A stretch of DNA of 27,968 nt. Source: Acidobacteriota bacterium (lineage in GTDB: Bacteria > Chloroflexota > Anaerolineae > UBA4142). Shown here piece after piece: positions 1-8,108 of this stretch. The translations under genes were made by a program, and so were the position numbers. The stretch is taken from the NCBI GenBank assembly GCA_050257995.1, contig JBLMXX010000062.1:1-27968 (forward strand), written 5' to 3'. The notes beneath the pieces are model-generated. The model worked only from the letters and a program-made list of their open reading frames with translations. It did not search any database and was not told the origin of the DNA. How positions within the stretch are numbered: position 1 is the stretch's first letter; every line of letters starts with the position of its first letter.

Positions 1-53
1 CCGACGATCCCCCAATCGATCACATCAGGGCGTGTATGACATTCGTCATCCAT
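1..53 (-). CDS. possible 5' end of a gene running off the left edge (MDDECHTRPDVIDWGIVG...), perhaps a Rossmann-fold oxidoreductase
   Basis: This is the only ATG-initiated frame here that stays open to the edge. It lies downstream of a leftward sigma70-like promoter (111-138). 'IDWGIVG' resembles a Gfo/Idh/MocA-type first beta-strand. No clear RBS and only 17 codons visible. Confidence 0.25.
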   Translation of the reverse strand, partial: MDDECHTRPDVIDWGIV

Positions 54-110
54 AAGGTCTACCAGGGTGCGAGAGTTTAATCAAAATTCACAACTGTGAT
101 CCTGGGGAGC

Positions 111-138
111 ATTGTAGGGTAAACCTTGCCCCTGTCAA
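111..138 (-). promoter_or_regulatory. leftward sigma70-type promoter
   Basis: Minus strand TTGACA (138-133), 16 nt spacer, TACAAT (116-111). Confidence 0.55.
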
Positions 139-193
139 CTCCTGTTGCGTTCTTCCTCGCACCCCGCGCCCGGGTAAAACTCGCCGACCCCCA

Positions 194-222
194 TTGACGT
201 GCAGTATGGGTCGGGGTATGCT
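194..222 (+). promoter_or_regulatory. sigma70-type promoter for the M28 peptidase gene
   Basis: TTGACG (194-199), 17 nt spacer, TATGCT (217-222). An inverted repeat CCGACCC (184-190) / GGGTCGG (208-214) brackets the -35. Confidence 0.55.
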
Positions 223-297
223 TGTTTTGCCCAATCATAGTCTGCTCAAGCCGTTACAAGAGAAGGATTGGGATTGTCGAATGGGAGGAAAGACGTG

Positions 298-3231
298 ATG
301 AACGCCACGCCTTTGCTTGGATGGAGAAAACTGGTAGAGGGTTATCCCTGGTTTCGCGGAGACGGGAACTATTCCCTTCCAGCATACTCTGAATTCATGC
401 CGCCGCCGCGTTTGGGACAGACTCCGTATGGGACATTGGACTTGCCGCTCTTCTCCGAGGACGATCCCTTCGGTTGGCACATCTCGGAGATCGAAGAAGA
501 GTATGAGCTCAAACCTGGACTGGAGAACATTGCCGCGCAAATCTTGGCGCAGTTAGTCGAACTGGGACGCGGCAAGCCGGCGCATCATATTTATGGGCAT
601 CGCCGTCGCAACCTGGAGAACAATCCGTATTGGCCCCCCGACCTCGCTGCAAAGGCAGGACAACTGGAGCACGAGCGGTTTGTCATCTTTCTACCCCTCG
701 CGCTCTCCAGAACACAGGACGACATGGGGCGCGTGAGCTGGACCTTTTTCGGCGGCAGCGAGCAGGGACCCGAACGCGCGTTTTGGAAATCTTTCTATTC
801 CGCGCCTGGGCAACCATTGCCGAGGCAGGAATCACTCGGGTTCGTGACCCGCCTCTTGCAGACCGTCTACGCCGAAAAGGTGGGCGATCCGTCCGGACTG
901 GCTCAGGTTGGATTTCGTATCCTACCCTCTGAGACAAATCTGCGCGTGCCGAACTGGAACGACGAACCACTTCCATCCTGGACGCTTCCATTCGTCGTTC
1001 ATGATCAGTCCTCTTTCGAGGACGTGCGTTATCTATTGACCTTTATGCCCTTTGATCATTTGCCCGCCCCGGTGAAAGAGAAATATCTTGGCGGGAAACT
1101 GCAATTGTTGCCATTCCCGGGTAGTCTGGTTTTCTGGGGCATGCCGGTTTATCTGCGTCTGCAGGAGCGCTCGCCATTTGCGTTGCAGTCGGCGTTGCAG
1201 AGACTGGTTGCCCGGCACGGGGGCCCGGACGGGATCCGCATCCCGCAATCGGGCTGGCTGCGCGAACCGCATCGCGATCACACCGAGACCGAGATTCAGG
1301 CGGAGTTACTCCTCAATACCTATCGCCGCACAAATCGCTGGAACCGTGTGCACCGCTATGAGGACGCGGTGGCGCAGAGCGCCAAGGTAGACAAGGTGGC
1401 GCAGGTGCTTTTCAGCACGTCCTCGGACGCTCTGGATTTGTATGATAAACCGATGGCGCGCAACTGCCAGATCTGGAGCGAGGAAGAAGAATTGCTGCTC
1501 GATGGTCCCAACGCTGCGCGAAAGGAAATCGAGCATGCCGCGCAGGTGCTGCTAGAGGGCGGTATCTTCCGTTACCGGTTTCAATTTCCCGCCATGCGAG
1601 TTGGCTTGCACGAGGTATACTGGCACCGGCCGCTCGTCGCATTTTTGTCGCATCCGAAAGGAGAGATCAAAGTAGTAGACGAAGCACCGCTGGGATATTT
1701 CACGGCGTACCGGACCGATGCCCCCGATTTGGCGCAACCGGTCGAATTATACCCGCGATTGCTAAAACGCGACATGTATCTCGCCGCGCTGAAACAGTTC
1801 CAATCCGGACATGATCATTATGCGCATCAAACGGCACTGAACGTCATCGCGTTGGGCGATGCCTGGCAGCAACTGGGCGGTCAAGGGCTGCCAAAATCCT
1901 TCGCGGGCCACCTGCTTCGGATTGCCAAAGACGAGTCACTGGACGATTGGTTAAACTCGCTGCCCGAACGAGCGACGAATCGATCGGAAGGCCAGAGCGT
2001 TCGGCAAGCCTTGCAACGATTTTTCCGTGAAGATTCGCCCTTGCCGGATGCAATCACTTTTGAGGCTACGGCGACGCGTGCATATGAAGAAGCATACTGG
2101 AAAGACATCCTGCTCTTGTCCCATGGGCGATACATCAATAAGGACAATGCGGATGTGGTACAAGACGCTACCACTGAAAAGTTGGTCGCGCACAAGCACC
2201 GCGATCTCGAACAACTGGGCGATTATCTGATCGCCCGTCATCGCGATGCGATCGCCGCGGCAGGAATGCAGGCCCAGGCAATTGTTGGCGATCTGCCCTT
2301 TCGTTGGCAAACCGACTTTGATTTTCCGCTATTTGGGGGATGGAAGGCCAACCAGCAAGGGCACGCGAAAGAGCGCAATATCCTCGTCGTCATTCCCGGC
2401 AAGAACCGTGGCGAAGCGGTCGTGCTGGGGGACCATTACGATACGGCATTCATGGAAGACATTTACGAGAAATCGCGCGGCGGGTCGGGGGCGCGGCTGG
2501 CGGCGCCCGGTGCAGATGATAACCATTCGGCGACGGCAACGGTACTCCAAGCGGCACCTCTTTTTCTGGAGCTGGCGCGGATGGGGAAACTGGAACGCGA
2601 TATCTGGCTCTTGCATCTCACCGGCGAAGAGTTTCCGTCCGATTGCCTGGGCGCGCGGCATTTTTGCCAGGCGCTTGTCGAACAGACGCTCAAGCTGCGA
2701 TTGGGCGAGGATCAATTCGTGGACCTTTCGTCGACCCGTGTAGTGGGTGTCTTTGTAATGGACATGATCGCCCATAATCGAGATAATGCCCAGGATATTT
2801 TCCAAATTTCGCCTGGTCGGAGTCGCGAGTCACTCGTGCTCGCGCGACAGGCGCACGTGGCGAACATGATTTGGAATGCAAACACTCGCGAGTGGAATCA
2901 TCGCGAAGAGCGACGCGGGCGAGGGCGCGGCAAGCGCAGCGCGGACGGAGCCACGATCCCGGAGATTGCCCTTTATCTGCCGATCGAGGGCGAGGTAAGG
3001 ACGGTAGACGATCCACAGAGTTCACTTTACAATACAGACTGCCAGATTTTTTCGGATATCGGTGCGCCAGTCGTCCTGTTTATGGAAAATTATGACATTA
3101 ACCGGACGGGCTATCATGATACGAAAGACACGATGGAAAATATCGATCTCGACTATGGCGCCGCATTGTCCGCCATCGCGATAGAGACTGTCGCTCGCGT
3201 CGCAACGGGGCAGCCTTTGGATCGGCCTTAA
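298..3231 (+). CDS. M28 family metallopeptidase with a large uncharacterised N-terminal region
   Basis: The C-terminal ~330 aa carry the M28 co-catalytic Zn motifs in order: GDHYD, GADDN, GEE, DMIA, YH. The start is placed at ATG 298 because GGGAGG lies at 283-288 (the track starts at TTG 268). No signal peptide visible. Confidence 0.85.
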   Translation: MNATPLLGWRKLVEGYPWFRGDGNYSLPAYSEFMPPPRLGQTPYGTLDLPLFSEDDPFGWHISEIEEEYELKPGLENIAAQILAQLVELGRGKPAHHIYGHRRRNLENNPYWPPDLAAKAGQLEHERFVIFLPLALSRTQDDMGRVSWTFFGGSEQGPERAFWKSFYSAPGQPLPRQESLGFVTRLLQTVYAEKVGDPSGLAQVGFRILPSETNLRVPNWNDEPLPSWTLPFVVHDQSSFEDVRYLLTFMPFDHLPAPVKEKYLGGKLQLLPFPGSLVFWGMPVYLRLQERSPFALQSALQRLVARHGGPDGIRIPQSGWLREPHRDHTETEIQAELLLNTYRRTNRWNRVHRYEDAVAQSAKVDKVAQVLFSTSSDALDLYDKPMARNCQIWSEEEELLLDGPNAARKEIEHAAQVLLEGGIFRYRFQFPAMRVGLHEVYWHRPLVAFLSHPKGEIKVVDEAPLGYFTAYRTDAPDLAQPVELYPRLLKRDMYLAALKQFQSGHDHYAHQTALNVIALGDAWQQLGGQGLPKSFAGHLLRIAKDESLDDWLNSLPERATNRSEGQSVRQALQRFFREDSPLPDAITFEATATRAYEEAYWKDILLLSHGRYINKDNADVVQDATTEKLVAHKHRDLEQLGDYLIARHRDAIAAAGMQAQAIVGDLPFRWQTDFDFPLFGGWKANQQGHAKERNILVVIPGKNRGEAVVLGDHYDTAFMEDIYEKSRGGSGARLAAPGADDNHSATATVLQAAPLFLELARMGKLERDIWLLHLTGEEFPSDCLGARHFCQALVEQTLKLRLGEDQFVDLSSTRVVGVFVMDMIAHNRDNAQDIFQISPGRSRESLVLARQAHVANMIWNANTREWNHREERRGRGRGKRSADGATIPEIALYLPIEGEVRTVDDPQSSLYNTDCQIFSDIGAPVVLFMENYDINRTGYHDTKDTMENIDLDYGAALSAIAIETVARVATGQPLDRP

Positions 3232-3258
3232 CCGATTAATGCAACCAAGGAATACTTT

Positions 3259-4716
3259 ATGATTTTGGTCCGTCGGCTCAAAATTAGCGGCTCGGCCATG
3301 GCAGGGCTCGCAGCCCGGTGGGCTCTGGCACTTTTCATCGCTGGTTGCGGGACTGTGGCAGCGCCATCGGTAACGCCTGTGCAGGCGCCAGTTTCATCTC
3401 AAACCAGTGTTCCAGGATCAGCTCCGACCGCTCTTCCATCGCCATCACAAAGCGCGGCTACTCTGCCGCGCGTGAATTCAGACGATTGGACGTCTTACCA
3501 CAGGGATAATCTTCGCTCCGGTTATTTGCCCAATCTGCCGGACCCGCAACGCCTTACCATAGCGTGGAACACTTTGCTCGACGGCGCGGTGTATGCCGAA
3601 CCCTTGGTGGTCGACGGACACGTCCTGATCGCCACGGAGGGGAACTCGGTTTACTCACTGGACGCGCGCACGGGGCAGATCGAATGGCAGATGAGAGTGG
3701 GAGACCCAGTGCCGCGTTCCGCGCTGCCCTGCGGCAACATCAATCCGTTGGGAATCACCGGTACCCCTGTATATGATCCTGCCAGTGGATTGGTCTTTGC
3801 CGTCGCAGAGGTGACCGGTCCGGCGCACATTTTGGTCGGCATCGATGCTCGCACGGGGCAGGTGAAAATGCGTCGCTCAGCGGACCCGGATGGGATGGAG
3901 CCCCGGGCACATCAACAGCGTGCAGCGCTCGCACTGTCGGAAGGGACGGTTTATATCGCTTACGGGGGATTATTCGGCGACTGCGGAAACTACCACGGTT
4001 GGGTCGTCGCAGCGCGGATCGATGGGAGTGGGGCATTGATTTCCTTTCAAGTCCCTACAGACCGCGAAGGTGGGATTTGGGCGCCGCCTGGACCTGTTGT
4101 GGATGCGTCCGGTCGCCTCTATGTATCGGTAGGGAATGGATCCGAAACCGTTGGCAATTGGGACCACAGCGATTCGGTCTTACGGCTCTCTGCTGGTCTG
4201 AAATTGGACGACGGGTTTGCCCCGGAGCAATGGAGAAAGGATAACGCTGCGGATGCAGACCTTGGCTCACTCGGCCCGGTCTTGCTTCCCAATGGTCTAT
4301 TATTTAGCGCCGGCAAATCGGGAACGGGTTACCTGTTGCGTTCGGATGCTCTTGGCGGCGTCGGGGGCCAGGTTCTCGCCAAAGCCGTTTGCCGTGCATT
4401 CGGCGGCGCGGCGGTCGCCGGCTCGACCGTTTTCGTGCCCTGTAATGAAGGATTGCAGCAGGTCCAAGTTGAGAGCGGGGCGACCTTTGCGATCGGCTGG
4501 CAGGCGAAGCAAGCGCCCGGATCGCCTGTCATTGGCGGTCATACAGTGTACACCCTTGATCGCAGTGGCACCCTCTATGCGCTTGACGCCAACACGGGTC
4601 AGGCGCGCGCCCGGGTTACCATCGGTGCAGTATCACGTTTCGCTACTCCTACTCTATTCCAGGACCGCATCTTTATCGGAACAATGACGGGCATCGCGGC
4701 AGTAACCGGGTCTTGA
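3259..4716 (+). CDS. PQQ-like (BamB/WD40-type) beta-propeller repeat lipoprotein
   Basis: Basic N-terminus, hydrophobic stretch and lipobox FIAG-C (Cys30), then a Pro/Ser/Thr linker. Repeated 'YSLDARTGQIEW', 'GIDARTGQV' and 'YALDANTGQ' blades follow. AAGGA RBS at 3247-3251. Confidence 0.8.
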   Translation: MILVRRLKISGSAMAGLAARWALALFIAGCGTVAAPSVTPVQAPVSSQTSVPGSAPTALPSPSQSAATLPRVNSDDWTSYHRDNLRSGYLPNLPDPQRLTIAWNTLLDGAVYAEPLVVDGHVLIATEGNSVYSLDARTGQIEWQMRVGDPVPRSALPCGNINPLGITGTPVYDPASGLVFAVAEVTGPAHILVGIDARTGQVKMRRSADPDGMEPRAHQQRAALALSEGTVYIAYGGLFGDCGNYHGWVVAARIDGSGALISFQVPTDREGGIWAPPGPVVDASGRLYVSVGNGSETVGNWDHSDSVLRLSAGLKLDDGFAPEQWRKDNAADADLGSLGPVLLPNGLLFSAGKSGTGYLLRSDALGGVGGQVLAKAVCRAFGGAAVAGSTVFVPCNEGLQQVQVESGATFAIGWQAKQAPGSPVIGGHTVYTLDRSGTLYALDANTGQARARVTIGAVSRFATPTLFQDRIFIGTMTGIAAVTGS

Positions 4717-4720
4717 TTGG

Positions 4721-6493
4721 TCAAGCGTCTCCCAGTACCGCGCGGATCCGCCGCACACCTTGCCCCACCGCTTCCTGCTTTATGATCTTGAACCGCGACA
4801 ACTCGCCCGTCCGGCTTATGTGCGGGCCGCCGCACACTTCTTTTGAAAACGAGCCGATGGAGTACACCCTGACCTGATCTCCGTACTTGTCCCCAAAGAA
4901 TGCGAGTGCGCCCGATCGAGTTGCCTCGTCCAAGGGCATCACCTCGACGGAAATGGGTAGGTCCTTTTCGATCTGCCGGTTCACGATCTCTTCGACCATC
5001 TGGATCTGTTCCGGTGTCAGTTTCTCCGGATAAGAGAAATCAAAGCGCAGCCGTTCCGCTGTTATATTAGAGCCCATCTGTTGGACCGTCGGACCGAGCA
5101 CCTGTCGCAGGGCCTGATGAAGCAAGTGCGTCGCCGTGTGCAGGCGCGTGGTCGCCTCGGCATGGTCCGCGAGCCCCCCTTTGAATTTGGTTTCCATCCC
5201 GCGACGTGAGACCTGTTTGTGTTCTTGGTACAGTCGGTCAAAGCCCGCTGCGTCTACGGATATACCCTGCTCGCGAGCCAATTCGACCGTCAGCGGTAGG
5301 GGAAAACCATAGGTCTCGAAGAGGTTAAATGCCTCTGCCGCCGAAATCACCTCTTGATGATTGTCTCGCGTCCGCTCCGCCACCTTTTGATACTCGCGCA
5401 TTCCCCGCTCGAGCGTTCGTTTGAATTTGGCTTCTTCGCGTTCCAGCTCGCTCGCGATCCGGGCGCGGCTTTTTACCAGTTCAGGATAGACGAGACCGTA
5501 AGTATCGATTACGATGGTCGAGAGGTCGGTACAAAGATCACGCGTGATCCCAAGATCGCGCCCGTAGCGCACCGCTCGCCGGATGAGACGTCGCACAACA
5601 TAGCCGGCTTCGACATTTGAGGGATTGGCCCCGTCGGCAATCGCAAACGTTGCCGCGCGCACATGGTCGGCAATGACTCGAAACGCCTTTGGATTCTCCT
5701 CATAGCGCCGGCCCGAGAGCGATGCGACTCGCTCGATCAGTGGAGAGAGCGTATCCATCTTGAAAACGTCGTCATACCCGTTCAACACCGCGACCGTCCG
5801 GTCCACTCCCATCCCGGTATCGACGTTGCGTTGTTTTAATTTCACATAGCGCGCGTCGGCGGTCTTTTCATATTCCATGAAGACATTGTTCCATATCTCA
5901 AACCACTTGCCGCACGGACAACCGGGCGCGCAGCCCGGATGACCTGGTTTGCCGGTATCGTAGAATATCTCAGAATCAGGTCCACATGGTCCAGTAGTGC
6001 CTGCGGGTCCCCACCAGTTGTCCGTTTTGGGCAAAAAATGAATGCGGTCGTCGGGAATGCCCAGGCGGCGCCAGATGCTGGCAGATTCTTCGTCGCGCGG
6101 TGCGTCCGCATCACCGGCGAACACGGTCACCGCCAGGCGCGCGGGGTCGATGCCCAGTACCTGTACCAGGAACTCGAAACTCCAGGCAAGTGATTCCTGC
6201 TTAAAGTAATCACCAAGGGACCAGTTACCCAGCATCTCGAAAAATGTCAGATGCGATGCATCGCCAACTGCGTCGATGTCGTCAGTGCGGAGGCATTTTT
6301 GAACGTCGACCAGGCGTCGCCCCAGCGGATGCGGCTCGCCTAGCAAAAAAGGAACAAGCGGGTGCATACCTGCCGTCGTAAACAAGACGGTGGGATCATT
6401 CTCCGGCAGTAGCGGCGCCGAGCGAACGCGCTTGTGCCCGCGTTCTTCAAAGAACACTTGGTAACGCTCCCTCAGTTCGTTCGCGCTTATCAC
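4721..6493 (-). CDS. alaS: alanine--tRNA ligase, short form (590 aa; aminoacylation and editing domains, no C-Ala domain)
   Basis: Class II AlaRS motifs LFTTAGM, QKCLR, HLTFFEMLGNWS, GPCGP and VDTGMG are present. Editing-domain ligands HTATH and CGGPH are present. The protein ends right after 'GVRRIRA'. GTG start with GGAGG RBS and an Ala T-box upstream. Confidence 0.95.
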   Translation of the reverse strand: MISANELRERYQVFFEERGHKRVRSAPLLPENDPTVLFTTAGMHPLVPFLLGEPHPLGRRLVDVQKCLRTDDIDAVGDASHLTFFEMLGNWSLGDYFKQESLAWSFEFLVQVLGIDPARLAVTVFAGDADAPRDEESASIWRRLGIPDDRIHFLPKTDNWWGPAGTTGPCGPDSEIFYDTGKPGHPGCAPGCPCGKWFEIWNNVFMEYEKTADARYVKLKQRNVDTGMGVDRTVAVLNGYDDVFKMDTLSPLIERVASLSGRRYEENPKAFRVIADHVRAATFAIADGANPSNVEAGYVVRRLIRRAVRYGRDLGITRDLCTDLSTIVIDTYGLVYPELVKSRARIASELEREEAKFKRTLERGMREYQKVAERTRDNHQEVISAAEAFNLFETYGFPLPLTVELAREQGISVDAAGFDRLYQEHKQVSRRGMETKFKGGLADHAEATTRLHTATHLLHQALRQVLGPTVQQMGSNITAERLRFDFSYPEKLTPEQIQMVEEIVNRQIEKDLPISVEVMPLDEATRSGALAFFGDKYGDQVRVYSIGSFSKEVCGGPHISRTGELSRFKIIKQEAVGQGVRRIRAVLGDA

Positions 6494-6507
6494 TCTTGTC
6501 CTCCCCT

Positions 6508-6539
6508 AAAAAAAACGTCCTCTGCAAGAACAGAGGACG
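6508..6539 (-). terminator. T-box intrinsic terminator (attenuator)
   Basis: Minus strand: CGTCCTCTG-ttcttg-CAGAGGACG, a perfect 9 bp stem followed by 8 U. Confidence 0.9.
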
Positions 6540-6806
6540 ACTGTAACGTGGTACCACCTCAATTTGCGTTATCTTTTCAGATAACGCCTTTGTGCCACCA
6601 TCGGTGGCACGCTCGCTAACGGGAGTTCCCGGTGAGGTTTACTCGCCGCATCGAGAGATCGTTTGTCGGTGCAGTTTTCTTCTCACATCTCAAGGGCGGC
6701 GAACGTCGCCGGAGTGCACCGGGCTTGCACCGGCATCCTATCAGCGAGGATGCGCCCGGCTCTCTGCGCAGTCGTGCGACGCTTGTTCCCTATCACAGAT
6801 TCTCCG
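6508..6806 (-). promoter_or_regulatory. T-box riboswitch (tRNA-Ala sensing) in the alaS leader
   Basis: Stem I carries the AGAGA bulge and GGTGCAA distal-loop motifs. A probable specifier GCC (Ala) lies at 6700-6698. The T-box sequence AATTGAGGTGGTACCACG (6564-6547) has a UGGU bulge that fits ACCA of tRNA-Ala. The antiterminator GAGG/CCTC pairing competes with the terminator. Confidence 0.92.
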
Positions 6807-6812
6807 AACAAG

Positions 6813-6841
6813 ATTATACCAGCATTTGATTTTCCTGGCAA
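6813..6841 (-). promoter_or_regulatory. sigma70-type promoter for the T-box-alaS transcript
   Basis: TTGCCA (6841-6836), 17 nt spacer, extended -10 TG-g-TATAAT (TATAAT 6818-6813). Confidence 0.8.
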
Positions 6842-6851
6842 CCGCCGGAGT

Positions 6852-6879
6852 TTGACCCCAACTCGATTTGGCTTATACT
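6852..6879 (+). promoter_or_regulatory. divergent sigma70-type promoter for the LysM gene
   Basis: TTGACC (6852-6857), 16 nt spacer, TATACT (6874-6879); back-to-back with the alaS promoter. Confidence 0.55.
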
Positions 6880-6928
6880 CTGATTTCAAGGAGAATCGAA
6901 CGATTGATAATTGCGAAGAGTAACCGGA

Positions 6929-7393
6929 ATGCATAACCCTGCGGCGCCTCCAGAGGGAAAGACAGTCCACTGGGTCGCAGTGGGAAGCTTTGTGTTCGCC
7001 ATATCCATCTTCTGCCTGGTCCTCGGGCTCTTGGCAAGCGAGGCGTTCAATGCAAAGTCTGTTTCGAACGGTCCTGTCGCTTTGCCACTCGCATCCTCCA
7101 CGCCCTCTGAAGAGAGCCCGACGCGAGCCTCCTCTCCCCTCGTACTTGTTCCATTCCCAACTACGACGCGGATTGTGACCGTAACGCCGCCTCGTCCGCG
7201 AACCTCGACTCCAAGGCCGAGAGCTGCCGCAACGGCAACTCCTTTCAAATACAAGGTCAAGAGTGGCGACACTCTGGGTTCTATTGCGCAGAAATATGGG
7301 GTGACGGTCAGTGCCCTGACAAAGGCAAATGGACTAAAAAGCGATTCGGTCCATGTGGGGGATGTATTGATTATTCCGCCTGCTCCTCGCTAG
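6929..7393 (+). CDS. membrane-anchored LysM peptidoglycan-binding protein
   Basis: N-terminal TM helix (VAVGSFVFAISIFCLVLGLLA), Pro/Thr/Ser linker, C-terminal LysM 'YKVKSGDTLGSIAQKYGVTVSALTKANGL...VGDVLIIP'. The start could be ATG 6929 or TTG 6911. Confidence 0.88.
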   Translation: MHNPAAPPEGKTVHWVAVGSFVFAISIFCLVLGLLASEAFNAKSVSNGPVALPLASSTPSEESPTRASSPLVLVPFPTTTRIVTVTPPRPRTSTPRPRAAATATPFKYKVKSGDTLGSIAQKYGVTVSALTKANGLKSDSVHVGDVLIIPPAPR

Positions 7394-7445
7394 ATCTAGA
7401 ATCCGGTGTAACTTACCGGTCTAAATCATTGGATGGTTCCTACAA

Positions 7446-8048
7446 ATGAATCTCTGGAAAAGTAATAAATGCACAGATTGGGATGCGGCTCTCGAACAGT
7501 ATGACGCCGTAATTCAGGCCCAAGGGGTCCGCGGCTTGATAGAAGTTGATCTGTGGTACCGCACGGAATTGCCCGCGCTCATTGCGGCGCGAACTCCGGC
7601 TTATGTTACGCGCGCCGAATTGGCACAGGTGACGACCTGGAAAATGAAGCGGGGGGTTTGGCGTGAGCGCAATCGCCTCCTCGTGATTGGGAATTCGCCC
7701 TCCACGATCCAAAAAACCTCAGTGCGGGCATTTTTGGCGATTCCCGACCTGCGCCAGCCGATAACCATTCTCAGCGACCTGGCGGGTGTCGGACCTGCAA
7801 CTGCTTCGGCAGTCCTTGCGAGTCACTCTCCAGCGCTATATCCTTTCTTTGACGAACTAGTGGCCCAACAAATCCCTCATTTGGGGACGGTTGCATTCAC
7901 CGCTGCCTACTATCAGCGGTATGCAAAAGCGCTGAGGGAGCGGGCGGCGAAGCTAAACATCCGGTGTGAGCACCGGAACTGGAGTGCCCATAACGTGAGC
8001 CAGGCACTCTGGGCAGCCTCCGGCGGCAAAGCGGCCCAAATGGACTAA
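7446..8048 (+). CDS. helix-hairpin-helix DNA glycosylase superfamily protein (Amun-like)
   Basis: HhH motif 'LSDLAGVGPATASAVLA' followed by 'PFFD', plus 'ELAQVTTWKMKRG'. This pattern recalls a eukaryote-associated uncharacterised HhH family. Substrate unknown. Confidence 0.65.
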   Translation: MNLWKSNKCTDWDAALEQYDAVIQAQGVRGLIEVDLWYRTELPALIAARTPAYVTRAELAQVTTWKMKRGVWRERNRLLVIGNSPSTIQKTSVRAFLAIPDLRQPITILSDLAGVGPATASAVLASHSPALYPFFDELVAQQIPHLGTVAFTAAYYQRYAKALRERAAKLNIRCEHRNWSAHNVSQALWAASGGKAAQMD

Positions 8049-8108
8049 AGCGAACACCCTGGGTGATGGAGGCATGAAGGGGGAAGAAAGAATGGCCATT
8101 TGTATCGC

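Noticed and set aside
88-99. CRP/FNR site
   Set aside because: The half-sites are in reverse order with a 2 nt spacer (TCACA-N2-TGTGA) rather than TGTGA-N6-TCACA.
3259-4716. PQQ-dependent dehydrogenase
   Set aside because: Only generic propeller repeats are visible. There is no vicinal Cys-Cys or other quinoprotein active-site motif, and no pqq genes nearby.
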